Virus record (IMG/VR): IMGVR_UViG_3300003323_000541
Coordinates: 1 to 64,000 of that record
Source: a virus
Length of the DNA stretch: 64,000 nt
Direction: 5' to 3' (one strand)
A program made the position numbers and the translations under genes. This document shows, piece after piece, positions 7,056 to 15,566 of this stretch (positions are counted from its first letter, which is position 1; each line of letters begins with the position of its first letter). The notes below the pieces were generated by a model that was not told the DNA's origin, did no database searches, and worked only from the letters and a program-made list of their open reading frames with translations.

Positions 7056-7663
7056 TGGACCATGTCGGAGTCGCATGATTAACAAATAGTTTCCTACTTG
7101 GTTGGACTATATCATCACCTGTTCTAGGTGTTGGATGCTGTGGGCTCACCGTGGTGTCCCTAGTCTCTGAACCTTCTTACTTCTTCCAGTAAGCTCGGCT
7201 GCTGATTGGCATATAAAATAACATATTATTTTACTTAGCTTTCCAGCAATTCTTCCAATTTACAATCATATATCCCTATATGATGGGTCCGAAATTAAAC
7301 CGACGTCTTCTCCATTGCTAATAAATCATTTATAGGCTTATCTCATTCTAGTAAATGAGCAAAAAAAGGGAATGCTGTAGAATAATCCACAACACTCCCT
7401 TAAAGGGCTAACTGGCGTTAGCGCTCCACCACTTTATTTTTACGAAATAAAGAAAACGAAACGGGCGTTTTATGTTCCTTAGATTACGCCTCAACTAGCT
7501 CGGGAGCACCTACAAAAGCAAGTGCATCCTCGAAGGTGAAGTCAGAAACTTCATTAACTACGTTAGTAGCATTTGTTTGTTGGTATACATTTTATGGTGC
7601 TATACTACCATTGCACCGCCTAAAGATTTACTAGTCATATGTGAATCAATTCCCGTATGGCCC
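7056..7663 (-). ncRNA. ssrA: tmRNA (interrupted by a group I intron)
   Basis: GGGCCAT/ATGGTCC-A acceptor with G3.U70; pk1 (GGTGC/GCACC, TGGTA/TACCA); tag frame 7570-7484 ATNVVNEVSDFTFEDALAFVGAPELVEA*; 3' GAC-GTCGG-TT|CGACT-CCGAC T-arm restored by intron removal. Confidence 0.9.
7074..7297 (-). mobile_element. group I self-splicing intron (224 nt, no ORF) in the tmRNA T-loop
   Basis: core elements AATTGCTGGAAA (P), AATCAGCAG (Q), TTCAGAGACTA (R), GATATAGTCC (S); P7 GACTA/TAGTC; P1 GGTT/GACC with U.G at the 5' splice site; terminal omega-G. Confidence 0.92.
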
Positions 7664-7670
7664 AGTATTA

Positions 7671-7907
7671 TTAATATTCGCCGTTATTAAGATAACCTTT
7701 AGCAGTTGCTATGTTACCACTTTTATAATAAATTGTGAACATATCTCCATCTGTTTTACATTGACCGAGATATATAATTTTTTCAATGTCGTCAAAGTTA
7801 AGTTCATTCGTATTTTTCCACCCGTAACCTGAGTCAAGATGGGTTATAACAAGATTGTGTGAGGTGAAGCTGCTAGCCAGCTCTTTTACAATAATTACTT
7901 TTCCCAT
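7671..7907 (-). CDS. hypothetical protein
   Basis: 78-aa ORF. Confidence 0.65.
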   Translation of the reverse strand: MGKVIIVKELASSFTSHNLVITHLDSGYGWKNTNELNFDDIEKIIYLGQCKTDGDMFTIYYKSGNIATAKGYLNNGEY

Positions 7908-7909
7908 GG

Positions 7910-8077
7910 CTATGCTCTTTTAGTGAATTTAAATCTTCCACCTATGTTCACAGCAGGCTTAAGTTCTTCCTGAACTTCTTCCTCATCTCTGAAACTCTTT
8001 CTTTTCTTAGGCCATCCTTTGCTTACAAGAAAAGCTTTAAGTGTTTCAATTTTCTGTTGATTTGATGTTTTACTCAT
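7910..8077 (-). CDS. small hypothetical protein (55 aa; not in ORF track)
   Basis: MSKTSNQQKIETLKAFLVSKGWPKK...; A-rich initiation region, fills operon gap. Confidence 0.65.
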   Translation of the reverse strand: MSKTSNQQKIETLKAFLVSKGWPKKRKSFRDEEEVQEELKPAVNIGGRFKFTKRA

Positions 8078-8098
8078 ATTGTTTGTTGTTTGATTCGA

Positions 8099-8437
8099 TT
8101 AATAAAAATTGTTTTTCTGACATTCGGTTATATCAAAGGTTTTACCATTAGATAGAACTAGCGTAAGTTGATCGCTGTAATAACCGTTGTTACTGGCATA
8201 TCCTGGTATTTTTACGGTATGACCATTCAATGGTACAAGTTCAATTCCATAATCTTCGATTCTGTTAAAGAACTCACCATCTAAATCAAATTCAAGACCA
8301 TCAAAATCTTCAAGTGATATGTTGCTAAAATCCAAAAAATGACTCTCACAGCATTCCTGGTAATGTTCAGAATACATCATTACCCCGTTATCAAAGATTA
8401 TTCGATCATCTTTGATATTAATTACTTTTACATTCAT
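8099..8437 (-). CDS. conserved phage protein (HxQxCCE...NGYYS)
   Basis: HYQECCESH and SNNGYYS motifs. Confidence 0.8.
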   Translation of the reverse strand: MNVKVINIKDDRIIFDNGVMMYSEHYQECCESHFLDFSNISLEDFDGLEFDLDGEFFNRIEDYGIELVPLNGHTVKIPGYASNNGYYSDQLTLVLSNGKTFDITECQKNNFY

Positions 8438-8453
8438 TGTTTTATTGTTTTAG

Positions 8454-8526
8454 AGCAGAAGACGGGACTCGAACCCACAACCCTTAGATTGGAAATCTAA
8501 TATTCTACCAATTGAACTACTTCTGC
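8454..8526 (-). tRNA. tRNA-Gly(UCC)
   Basis: GCAGAAG/CTTCTGC-T acceptor with U73, TTAGA-TTTCCAA-TCTAA anticodon arm, TTCGAGT T-loop; followed by CTA. Confidence 0.95.
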
Positions 8527-8527
8527 T

Positions 8528-8560
8528 AAATAAAAACCTCCCTCAGTCGCCCAAGGGAGG
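8528..8560 (-). terminator. putative intrinsic terminator
   Basis: CCTCCCT...AGGGAGG hairpin followed by TTTTTATTT on minus strand. Confidence 0.55.
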
Positions 8561-8728
8561 AACCTCTTAACCCAAAGATTTTTTTAAATTACTAAAAAGA
8601 AAAATAATATTACTAATAATTGTGTTTATTCGGCTTTTACGTGCCTAGAGTGATTATAGTGGACTCCCCACTGTAGCTAGGTAAAACCTACATAGTATTT
8701 TCTCATAATTAATAGATTATATTTTTGA

Positions 8729-9127
8729 TTAATGGAACGAATGTACCCCAGTTAGTTTATTCACATTATGCTCATCTTTGGTAAGATCAATCACATGATA
8801 TCCATTACCTCTTATGTATTTAGCATGTTGTTCATGTGATACAAGCTTACACATACATTTACTGCTGGATATGTATAGATTTAAACCATTGTTTGGATTT
8901 ACATCGAGAATCTGTAATTCCCTTTTAAATTCATCCAGTTGATTTAGATCTATGATATATACAAGATGTTCGTAGCTCCTGGTATGATTAAAGTCCTGTA
9001 CCATCATCTTCCAATGTTCAAGGATGAAGGTCATTAAACTAGGCTGGTTATGACTAACCTTAATTAATGTGGACTTTGAATTCATCACATAGATAGCTGT
9101 TCCAATAATTTTTGATAGTCGGTTCAT
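8729..9127 (-). CDS. hypothetical protein
   Basis: 132-aa ORF. Confidence 0.7.
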   Translation of the reverse strand: MNRLSKIIGTAIYVMNSKSTLIKVSHNQPSLMTFILEHWKMMVQDFNHTRSYEHLVYIIDLNQLDEFKRELQILDVNPNNGLNLYISSSKCMCKLVSHEQHAKYIRGNGYHVIDLTKDEHNVNKLTGVHSFH

Positions 9128-9223
9128 CAGGCGAATAGTTTAATGATTATGAAATTCAATCCTACCATCGATATTGTTCCAAAGCAAAACAAGATAAGAA
9201 ACAATATAATAACAAAGGACCAT

Positions 9224-9460
9224 CTAATAAAATTTTCTTTCATACTTAATAGAGTTAGTGATTACAAAGGAACTTACCAGAGAACACAGATAGAGCATAC
9301 CTAAAAGGACAATTCCTGTTATGGAATAAAAATCAGGCGATATAAAGCTCATTTCTATGAATTCTGATAGAGATATACCAAGGACTAAAGAAAGTCCCTT
9401 ACAGAGCCCTAAAAATAAGCCTGAGCCTATAATAAGAGAGATAAAGTAGATTAGTTTCAT
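9224..9460 (-). CDS. membrane protein
   Basis: two hydrophobic helices. Confidence 0.65.
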   Translation of the reverse strand: MKLIYFISLIIGSGLFLGLCKGLSLVLGISLSEFIEMSFISPDFYSITGIVLLGMLYLCSLVSSFVITNSIKYERKFY

Positions 9461-9489
9461 AAGTTAATAGATTTATGGTTAATGATTGA

Positions 9490-9627
9490 TTAGTTACATG
9501 ATTTGAGAATAGCAAACACAATGAAGAATATTGAACATGCTATAATTGTCAATAAGCATCCAATTCTGTCCTCTTCACTTGTATTTTTGTCTTGTGGTTC
9601 CCAATTATCGGGAGTAAATACTTTCAT
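9490..9627 (-). CDS. small membrane protein (45 aa; not in ORF track)
   Basis: MKVFTPDNWEPQ...IGCLLTIIACSIFFIVFAILKSCN. Confidence 0.55.
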   Translation of the reverse strand: MKVFTPDNWEPQDKNTSEEDRIGCLLTIIACSIFFIVFAILKSCN

Positions 9628-9846
9628 AACGGTTGATTTAAAGTAAATAAAAGAATCATCCTATGCTCACTTGGATGATCTCTGATCACTCTGACTGTGG
9701 GGGACAAAGGACCTTGAGAGTCTTGTAATGTCCTAACACTAGCGATCGGTTCATCGCGATAATAGCATGTGCACACTATATAGATTTTATTTTTCAATTC
9801 ATGATAAATCTACAAAATCATAAATTGCTCAAGATTTTCAATGGTT

Positions 9847-10149
9847 TTATTCAACCTCAACAAGTTCCTCTTTCTTAGAATATTGTTCACATTCATCCTC
9901 TTCTCCAATTAGTCCAAAGTATTTCTTTAATACTCTTACAGTACCATCATATGAATAAGTGCAACCACATTCTTCACATATTACTGTATCTCCCATTTTA
10001 GGAACACCTAAAGAATATTGCCTTGGATTTATTGGAATACCATGGACGATGAATTCAGCACATTTACACAGTTTTGACTCTGATACATTATATGTGTTTC
10101 CAGCTATAACAGTGCCTAATTCTGATGTTTCAATACATAATGCTTCCAT
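9847..10149 (-). CDS. Cys-rich hypothetical protein
   Basis: CKC...CEECGC. Confidence 0.65.
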   Translation of the reverse strand: MEALCIETSELGTVIAGNTYNVSESKLCKCAEFIVHGIPINPRQYSLGVPKMGDTVICEECGCTYSYDGTVRVLKKYFGLIGEEDECEQYSKKEELVEVE

Positions 10150-10170
10150 TTTGTAGATATTTAAATAGTT

Positions 10171-10455
10171 TTATGGTATCACATTTGGTAGTTCATAAAA
10201 TTGAAAACCTGTATATAACACAGTATTATCACAGGAGAGCAGCTTATAGCTGTACACTAAATCTCCTTTCTCTGTAGCATCTGTATCTAACAATGTACAT
10301 TGAATAGGTTTACATTTAGTGTTAATGAACTCTTCTACCTTACTGGTATTTAAGTTCAAGTCAGGTCCATCAGAATTACATGATGTAACAGATATTACAC
10401 CAACAAGCAGAACTACATACAGTAGTCCACAAATTACGTAGTCTTTGATTCTCAT
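10171..10455 (-). CDS. putative lipoprotein
   Basis: hydrophobic leader ending VTSC (lipobox-like). Confidence 0.7.
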   Translation of the reverse strand: MRIKDYVICGLLYVVLLVGVISVTSCNSDGPDLNLNTSKVEEFINTKCKPIQCTLLDTDATEKGDLVYSYKLLSCDNTVLYTGFQFYELPNVIP

Positions 10456-10688
10456 ATGTATAGCAGTTTAATTTCTTTCTCGGTTAATTCTTCAGTGAAT
10501 ACGGGTATTTTACCATTAGAGCTATTCTGAAATACTTTATGATAAACCTTAACCCCTGTTGTTGTATAATATATCACCTCTACAAATGAGGAGGTAATTA
10601 CATTAATTGTAGCAGCCATTTTAACATGCTGAGCTCCTACATTTAAAAAGAAGAATACTTTTTGTCCAATGTATAATTGTTCGTTCAT
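10452..10688 (-). CDS. hypothetical protein
   Basis: ATGA-coupled ORF. Confidence 0.65.
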   Translation of the reverse strand: MNEQLYIGQKVFFFLNVGAQHVKMAATINVITSSFVEVIYYTTTGVKVYHKVFQNSSNGKIPVFTEELTEKEIKLLYI

Positions 10689-10933
10689 AAGTCGATTGTT
10701 TCAATTTGATCATAGACATCAGAAAGATCGTTCATTCTCTTCTCAAGATCACTCTGTTTCCTTGGAACCTGAAATTCTTCGTAGTATCTTTCGGAGGTAA
10801 TTTGCTTATCATATTTGTCCATTTTACGTATCTGTAGTCTTCTTAAAATGAGCTTTTGTCTTTCGCTAAGATAATCTTGTTCCATGATGATTATTTTTAA
10901 TTTAAAAAATCTGCCCTCACTTTCAACACTCAA
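10685..10933 (-). CDS. hypothetical protein (start probably at MEQDY)
   Basis: ORF coupled to downstream gene. Confidence 0.6.
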   Translation of the reverse strand: MSVESEGRFFKLKIIIMEQDYLSERQKLILRRLQIRKMDKYDKQITSERYYEEFQVPRKQSDLEKRMNDLSDVYDQIETIDL

Positions 10934-10977
10934 ATCATGTTTACTCGGTTATTGGGCAGATCAATAGTTAACCCCGT

Positions 10978-11211
10978 CTATTTTCTATTTTGTCGTAAAT
11001 ATTGGAATATAGCCCATATTACAACGGGAATACTTAATGGACCAAACAGTATGCATAATGTAAACAATCGTGTGACCTCTTCTTTAGAAAGAGCATCTCT
11101 TTTGTTTCTAGCATTAAGAATAAAGAAACCAATGAAAACTGAGATCAAAAAGATCAAAGCTCCAGTTGATAACCATAATTCGATCGCTGTTAGCCAGTTT
11201 AGATTCTTCAT
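10978..11211 (-). CDS. membrane protein
   Basis: two TM-like segments. Confidence 0.7.
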   Translation of the reverse strand: MKNLNWLTAIELWLSTGALIFLISVFIGFFILNARNKRDALSKEEVTRLFTLCILFGPLSIPVVIWAIFQYLRQNRK

Positions 11212-11388
11212 AAAAAATAGTTTAGAGTTTGAGCATCTCTATGGACCTAAACCTAGTGTTACCTAGACCTAACAGCATTACCTGTTATGCACTCTTTAAA
11301 TTATCATAGATGTGAGCCATACCTCATACCAGGAAGGGTACAGCCCATCACCTATGATCTACCTAACTTGCTCATGGTGTATGATTGA

Positions 11389-11583
11389 TTAAGCTATTTG
11401 CTTGAGCAGATTTCCCAGCTCTACGGGATACTCCACGTGTGTTAGGTGATAGATTTTCTTGAATATCTCTGTTTTAGTGAGATCATGAGCAACATGCTCA
11501 ATTTCTTCCCAGGCTTTCTCCACCCATGATCTTGGGACATGATTATGAATAGCCTTGAACGTATTTAGGACATTTTCTTTCAT
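11389..11583 (-). CDS. hypothetical protein
   Basis: 64-aa ORF with A-rich initiation region. Confidence 0.65.
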   Translation of the reverse strand: MKENVLNTFKAIHNHVPRSWVEKAWEEIEHVAHDLTKTEIFKKIYHLTHVEYPVELGNLLKQIA

Positions 11584-11729
11584 ATGTTGATATAATTGAT
11601 TGTTTCTGTTGATAAAAAGAAAAGAGCTCTCATTGTCGAACCAAATAGCACACCAATAACAATCAAGTTTCGGTTAATACTAATGATAGAGAGCTCTTTC
11701 TTTTGCTAATACACTTAGGTTCAAGATTA

Positions 11730-11933
11730 TTACTTCATTGGTGTTCTACCAAATAAATGTCCTAATTGAGCAGGATTTTGTTCTATTCCACCATCAAAAT
11801 CAAATATCCAGTAATCTGTGTTTTTTTGTAAAACAACAGCACAGCAGGACACCGATAATGGCTTATTGAACGAATATCCATTCTTTTTTAGCTCATTTAT
11901 TTTTGAATTCTGTTCTTTACTGGGTATATACAT
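11730..11933 (-). CDS. hypothetical protein
   Basis: 67-aa ORF. Confidence 0.6.
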   Translation of the reverse strand: MYIPSKEQNSKINELKKNGYSFNKPLSVSCCAVVLQKNTDYWIFDFDGGIEQNPAQLGHLFGRTPMK

Positions 11934-12080
11934 GATTTCTAGATTTTACAGATATAATAACTAATAATCTAACCAACCACATTATTTGCTACCTCTACCA
12001 CTAAACTGTGGTTAACTGCCTGACTTTGCTCCCCAGCAGCGAGTTACATGGTTGGTTAAACTACTGATCAATGATTCGTT

Positions 12081-12272
12081 CTATTGTCTATGATCGATTC
12101 TTCCATATGTGGAAGCATAATCACGAGCATCTTGCTCACACTTGAACCCATGTTCGCCACTTATGGGAGTAAAAACACTCCAACTTCCATTTTTTCTCTC
12201 CATTATACGAGTTGAGAATTCGTAATCATAGACTTTCAATTCTCTTGCGTCTTTTTCTTTAGTTGTTTCCAT
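12081..12272 (-). CDS. hypothetical protein
   Basis: 63-aa ORF. Confidence 0.6.
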   Translation of the reverse strand: METTKEKDARELKVYDYEFSTRIMERKNGSWSVFTPISGEHGFKCEQDARDYASTYGRIDHRQ

Positions 12273-12672
12273 ATATGCTATGTATTAATATTTCGATATA
12301 AATAGGTGTTTGAGAAAAGTATGGTGGATTAGTATGGACCTTTTACCCATCATCCATCATCATAAATTAAAGGACAATCATCTGATAATTAATAAGATAA
12401 TGGGCCCAATGAACAATCACAGAGCCCATATCTTTCATACATGGAGCAAACCTAAACACTATACTTTGGTTCTAGAATAGCAGTATTATTACCATTAACC
12501 CCAGCTCCGATGGATGGAACCCCGAACTTAATAAATAAGTTCGTCTGTCCGTGGACTAAGCCCATTAACCATCAGATAATAATAAAATAAGATAAGGTTG
12601 CCCCCGACAATGATTTGGCTGCTTTATCTTATATGGTTATAGGATAAATGGTTTACAGGTGCTTATTTCCTG

Positions 12673-13062
12673 TTAAGCTGCAACAGCTTCGAGGTTCAGA
12701 GCGAACTCCTTATATCCTGTAGCTTTGCCGTCTCTCACCTGATCCCTTACCTCAACTTCGAGTTTCTCGAGCCCTTCACCTGCGATTTTCTCCAGTTGTG
12801 ACTCTGTGATTTGCAGGTTATAGTCCGTTCCATCGATGTTGATAGGCAAGTTGATGAACGCACAGAAAAGCTGTCCTTTCTGTATACGCTCAATGTTCTT
12901 GATCCGTACTTCGTCGATCTTCGGTTGTCCTGTGATGGTAGCTGTATGCTGTCCTACAGGCAACTGATTAGCGGATGGTTTGGGAAAGAAAAAGGTTTGA
13001 TTGCCTTTTAATTCTTTCATTTTAGCCAGTGCTTCGGCTACTTTGCCTTTATCAAGTTTCAT
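12673..13062 (-). CDS. first leftward gene; hypothetical beta-rich protein ending in -AA
   Basis: ATG at 13062 preceded by A-rich region; more C/G-ending codons than neighbours; C-terminus LEAVAA. Confidence 0.8.
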   Translation of the reverse strand: MKLDKGKVAEALAKMKELKGNQTFFFPKPSANQLPVGQHTATITGQPKIDEVRIKNIERIQKGQLFCAFINLPINIDGTDYNLQITESQLEKIAGEGLEKLEVEVRDQVRDGKATGYKEFALNLEAVAA

Positions 13063-13253
13063 ATGATTATGTGTTTTTGATTGCCGGGGGCGCACCTGCG
13101 CAGCAGAACCATAGGGGGATATGATTTGGGGTGTCCATCATTCAATTCTATAATTATTGTCCAAAAATTTTTTTGGTATAAAATTTCAATAAGTGCTATA
13201 ATAATAACAGAATTGTTAATAGATGTTTATACTTAAACTTTTTTCACAGAAAA

Positions 13254-13279
13254 TGAAACTTTTTAGTCTCAGATTCGTT
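13254..13279 (+). promoter_or_regulatory. ECF-like late promoter TGAAAC-N16-CGTT
   Basis: at the start of the rightward region; one of six copies. Confidence 0.75.
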
Positions 13280-13280
13280 A

Positions 13281-13542
13281 AAGACAATTGATCCTTAGGA
13301 CGGCCCGTGAGGAAGTTTACAGATAGAATCAAGTAATGGGCCCAGAAGTCGGGTTGTATGAGTAATCTCAAAGATGAAAAGAGTTGTCCCCGATAGATCA
13401 AAAAGATAATTATCCAGAGCTAGACTCAGAGCCAGAGTGCAAGGAAATACTGAGATGTGGGCTAGATACCAATAGAAGGAAGATAATTATCGTAAGAGAA
13501 TAAAGGAAGTAAATCTCCGCTTAGGGGATTCGTGTGTCTTAA
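13281..13542 (+). ncRNA. candidate structured ncRNA or long 5' leader
   Basis: about 260 nt without a credible ORF; AAGACA/TGTCTT ends, TTGATC/GATCAA, GGCCCGT/ATGGGCC, TCGGG/CCCGA, CTCAG/CTGAG, AATCTCC/GGGGATT pairings; two GATAATTATC palindromes. Confidence 0.5.
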
Positions 13543-13578
13543 TCAATATAAATAAGTAATCAATTAATAAATAGATAT

Positions 13579-13899
13579 ATGTTTGTATTACGTAGAATTA
13601 CACCATCTGGTGTACAATTTAACGATGTGATTGGAGATAAATATTGTTTCATTTCCAAAGAAATAAGTTGTGAACAGTTTGACGCTATGATTAAAGCTCA
13701 TGATTTTAATGATTCTGAAGGCTTAGAATATGTATATGGAATAATTTATAGTTCTTATCTTGATGATGAAGTAATTCCATTGTATACCTCAGATATGGTC
13801 TATATAATGAATGATTCAGGTAAGACCTTTTCTAATATTACCTATCATAGTAAGAACAATATATCATATGATCCCAACAAACTAATCAATGAACAATGA
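13579..13899 (+). CDS. hypothetical protein
   Basis: 106 aa; YIMNDSGKTF motif. Confidence 0.75.
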   Translation: MFVLRRITPSGVQFNDVIGDKYCFISKEISCEQFDAMIKAHDFNDSEGLEYVYGIIYSSYLDDEVIPLYTSDMVYIMNDSGKTFSNITYHSKNNISYDPNKLINEQ

Positions 13900-14107
13900 G
13901 GACGATCATATAATTGGAACATATAAATATCCTTGTCCAATAAAGAGACTGGATCGATTTTGGTTTCTTCACGATGAGATGATAATGAATATGGATTGGT
14001 TCGTAGATAATAATCCTGAGTATTTATATGATACAAGAATATTGATCAATAATAAAGAAATAGTATTAGAAGTAAAAGTACAGAGATCTGATGAGAGTAA
14101 TAGCTGA
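13889..14107 (+). CDS. hypothetical protein
   Basis: overlapping operon ORF. Confidence 0.65.
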   Translation: MNNEDDHIIGTYKYPCPIKRLDRFWFLHDEMIMNMDWFVDNNPEYLYDTRILINNKEIVLEVKVQRSDESNS

Positions 14108-14351
14108 ATATAGAGTTGAGCATAAGAATGGTAAAACTAGCCGTAGAGTAGGTCCTGTATATATTCCAGAAGGTGTAGACTTTGGTTTGGAACCTATATT
14201 CTCAAAGTCTAAAAATACATATGATAAAACCAAGTGTATTTTAAATCACCCGCAGGTTGGTTCAATCATCGTTCTGGAGAATATTGACGAGCTACATGCT
14301 CGATTGTCAACAAGTCAGTTTTATATTAAGGGATATAAGAGATATGAGTAA
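14091..14351 (+). CDS. hypothetical protein
   Basis: overlapping operon ORF. Confidence 0.7.
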   Translation: MRVIAEYRVEHKNGKTSRRVGPVYIPEGVDFGLEPIFSKSKNTYDKTKCILNHPQVGSIIVLENIDELHARLSTSQFYIKGYKRYE

Positions 14352-14361
14352 ATTGTAAGTA

Positions 14362-14559
14362 ATGAAATCGCGTGATCTAAAGAATAATAGAAATTATCAG
14401 GATATAGAAACAGGAATAGTTTATTTGTATTATAACAAACAATTTATATCCATGAATCCTGATACCGGATCAATAGAAATTTATTCTTTAGATGATCTTA
14501 AACCACGATTAGATAAGTTACAAGAGGATACATTTATTTTAGAAGACAACGATAACTAA
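14362..14559 (+). CDS. hypothetical protein
   Basis: 65-aa ORF. Confidence 0.6.
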   Translation: MKSRDLKNNRNYQDIETGIVYLYYNKQFISMNPDTGSIEIYSLDDLKPRLDKLQEDTFILEDNDN

Positions 14560-14852
14560 TGATTTTTTCTAGTCGATTTGTGCATATAGAACGGCTCTCA
14601 AGGGAGGACAGAGATAAACTAAAGAAAGAAATAGAATCATTCTTTGACTCTGTTCCTCCTTCAGAGAGGTTTGACAAATTGATGGAATATAAGATGGATG
14701 AGCATTATTATACTTTCGGTTTAACAGAATATGGTATTCCAGCTCACCCTAAAAGTTTATATGGTCAATATACACCAGATATAGAAGTGATGGTAAATAT
14801 TCCATATAAATATATTAAAGTAGAAAATAATGAGTTAATTATAACGTTTTAA
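14559..14852 (+). CDS. hypothetical protein
   Basis: TAATG-coupled ORF. Confidence 0.7.
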   Translation: MIFSSRFVHIERLSREDRDKLKKEIESFFDSVPPSERFDKLMEYKMDEHYYTFGLTEYGIPAHPKSLYGQYTPDIEVMVNIPYKYIKVENNELIITF

Positions 14853-14853
14853 A

Positions 14854-15180
14854 ATGGGTAATAGTAGATCATTTAAAAGAAAAGGAATGAACAACAAATT
14901 GGACACAGAAAAGGCTTTAGGAGTTCTATTTACAGAACTAAATAGACTTAATCATTTTGCTGCTTTACAAGCTACAGTATTAACATATTTGATTGGTAAA
15001 TTCAAACATGAGTTTGAAGAAGTTGAGGAGTCTGAAAACATGGAAGGAACTCTCATAACAGAGGATGTTGCTATTCTAAAAGGTAATAAACTTGTCCGTG
15101 TTAAATTCAAACCCAAAACTGAAGAAGAACAACTAGAAGATAAAGCAAGTGATTTAGGTATTGAAATTGTAAAAGGATAA
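14854..15180 (+). CDS. hypothetical protein
   Basis: 108-aa ORF. Confidence 0.7.
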   Translation: MGNSRSFKRKGMNNKLDTEKALGVLFTELNRLNHFAALQATVLTYLIGKFKHEFEEVEESENMEGTLITEDVAILKGNKLVRVKFKPKTEEEQLEDKASDLGIEIVKG

Positions 15181-15183
15181 TAT

Positions 15184-15321
15184 ATGAGTTACGCAGACGC
15201 AATATCAACAATACATAGTTTAATAACTACATTAGAGAAAGTGAAAGACCCTGAGTCTAGAGAAGCAGCATATACTTTGTTAAAAAAATTAATAGAGAAA
15301 TTCTTTATTGATGAGAAGTAA
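15184..15321 (+). CDS. small helical protein (45 aa; not in ORF track)
   Basis: MSYADAISTIHSLITTLEKVKDPESREAAYTLLKKLIEKFFIDEK; stop overlaps next ATG. Confidence 0.6.
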   Translation: MSYADAISTIHSLITTLEKVKDPESREAAYTLLKKLIEKFFIDEK

Positions 15322-15566
15322 TGAATGATATATTCGATCAAATATCTAAAAAATACGGGATTCCCAAGTTTCTAGTCAAGGAGATTTGGGAATCTCAATT
15401 TAGATTTGTTACAGAGAAAATGAGAGCAATAGACCACGAAGATATCAATTCATATAAAACTTTTTATATCCGAAATCTTGGAAAGTTCTATGCTAACAAA
15501 AAGAAGATACAGTTTATAAATAAATATAAGAAGGAAAAGGAGAATGGAACTACTAATATGGAATAA
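15321..15566 (+). CDS. HU/IHF-like DNA-binding protein
   Basis: ISKKYGIPKFLVKEIWESQF...FYIRNLGKF; usual crAss-like position upstream of terL. Confidence 0.7.
   Translation: MNDIFDQISKKYGIPKFLVKEIWESQFRFVTEKMRAIDHEDINSYKTFYIRNLGKFYANKKKIQFINKYKKEKENGTTNME

Noticed and set aside
500-8460. tRNA-associated theta (HDV-like) ribozymes
   Set aside because: 3' trailers of the tRNAs are short and AT-rich, with no nested double pseudoknot seen
11970-12058. c-di-GMP riboswitch or twister-like motif
   Set aside because: Only fragmentary resemblance; conserved cores could not be assembled by eye
13216-13401. 61-aa minus-strand ORF at the strand switch
   Set aside because: Non-ATG start; overlaps the late promoter and structured RNA candidate
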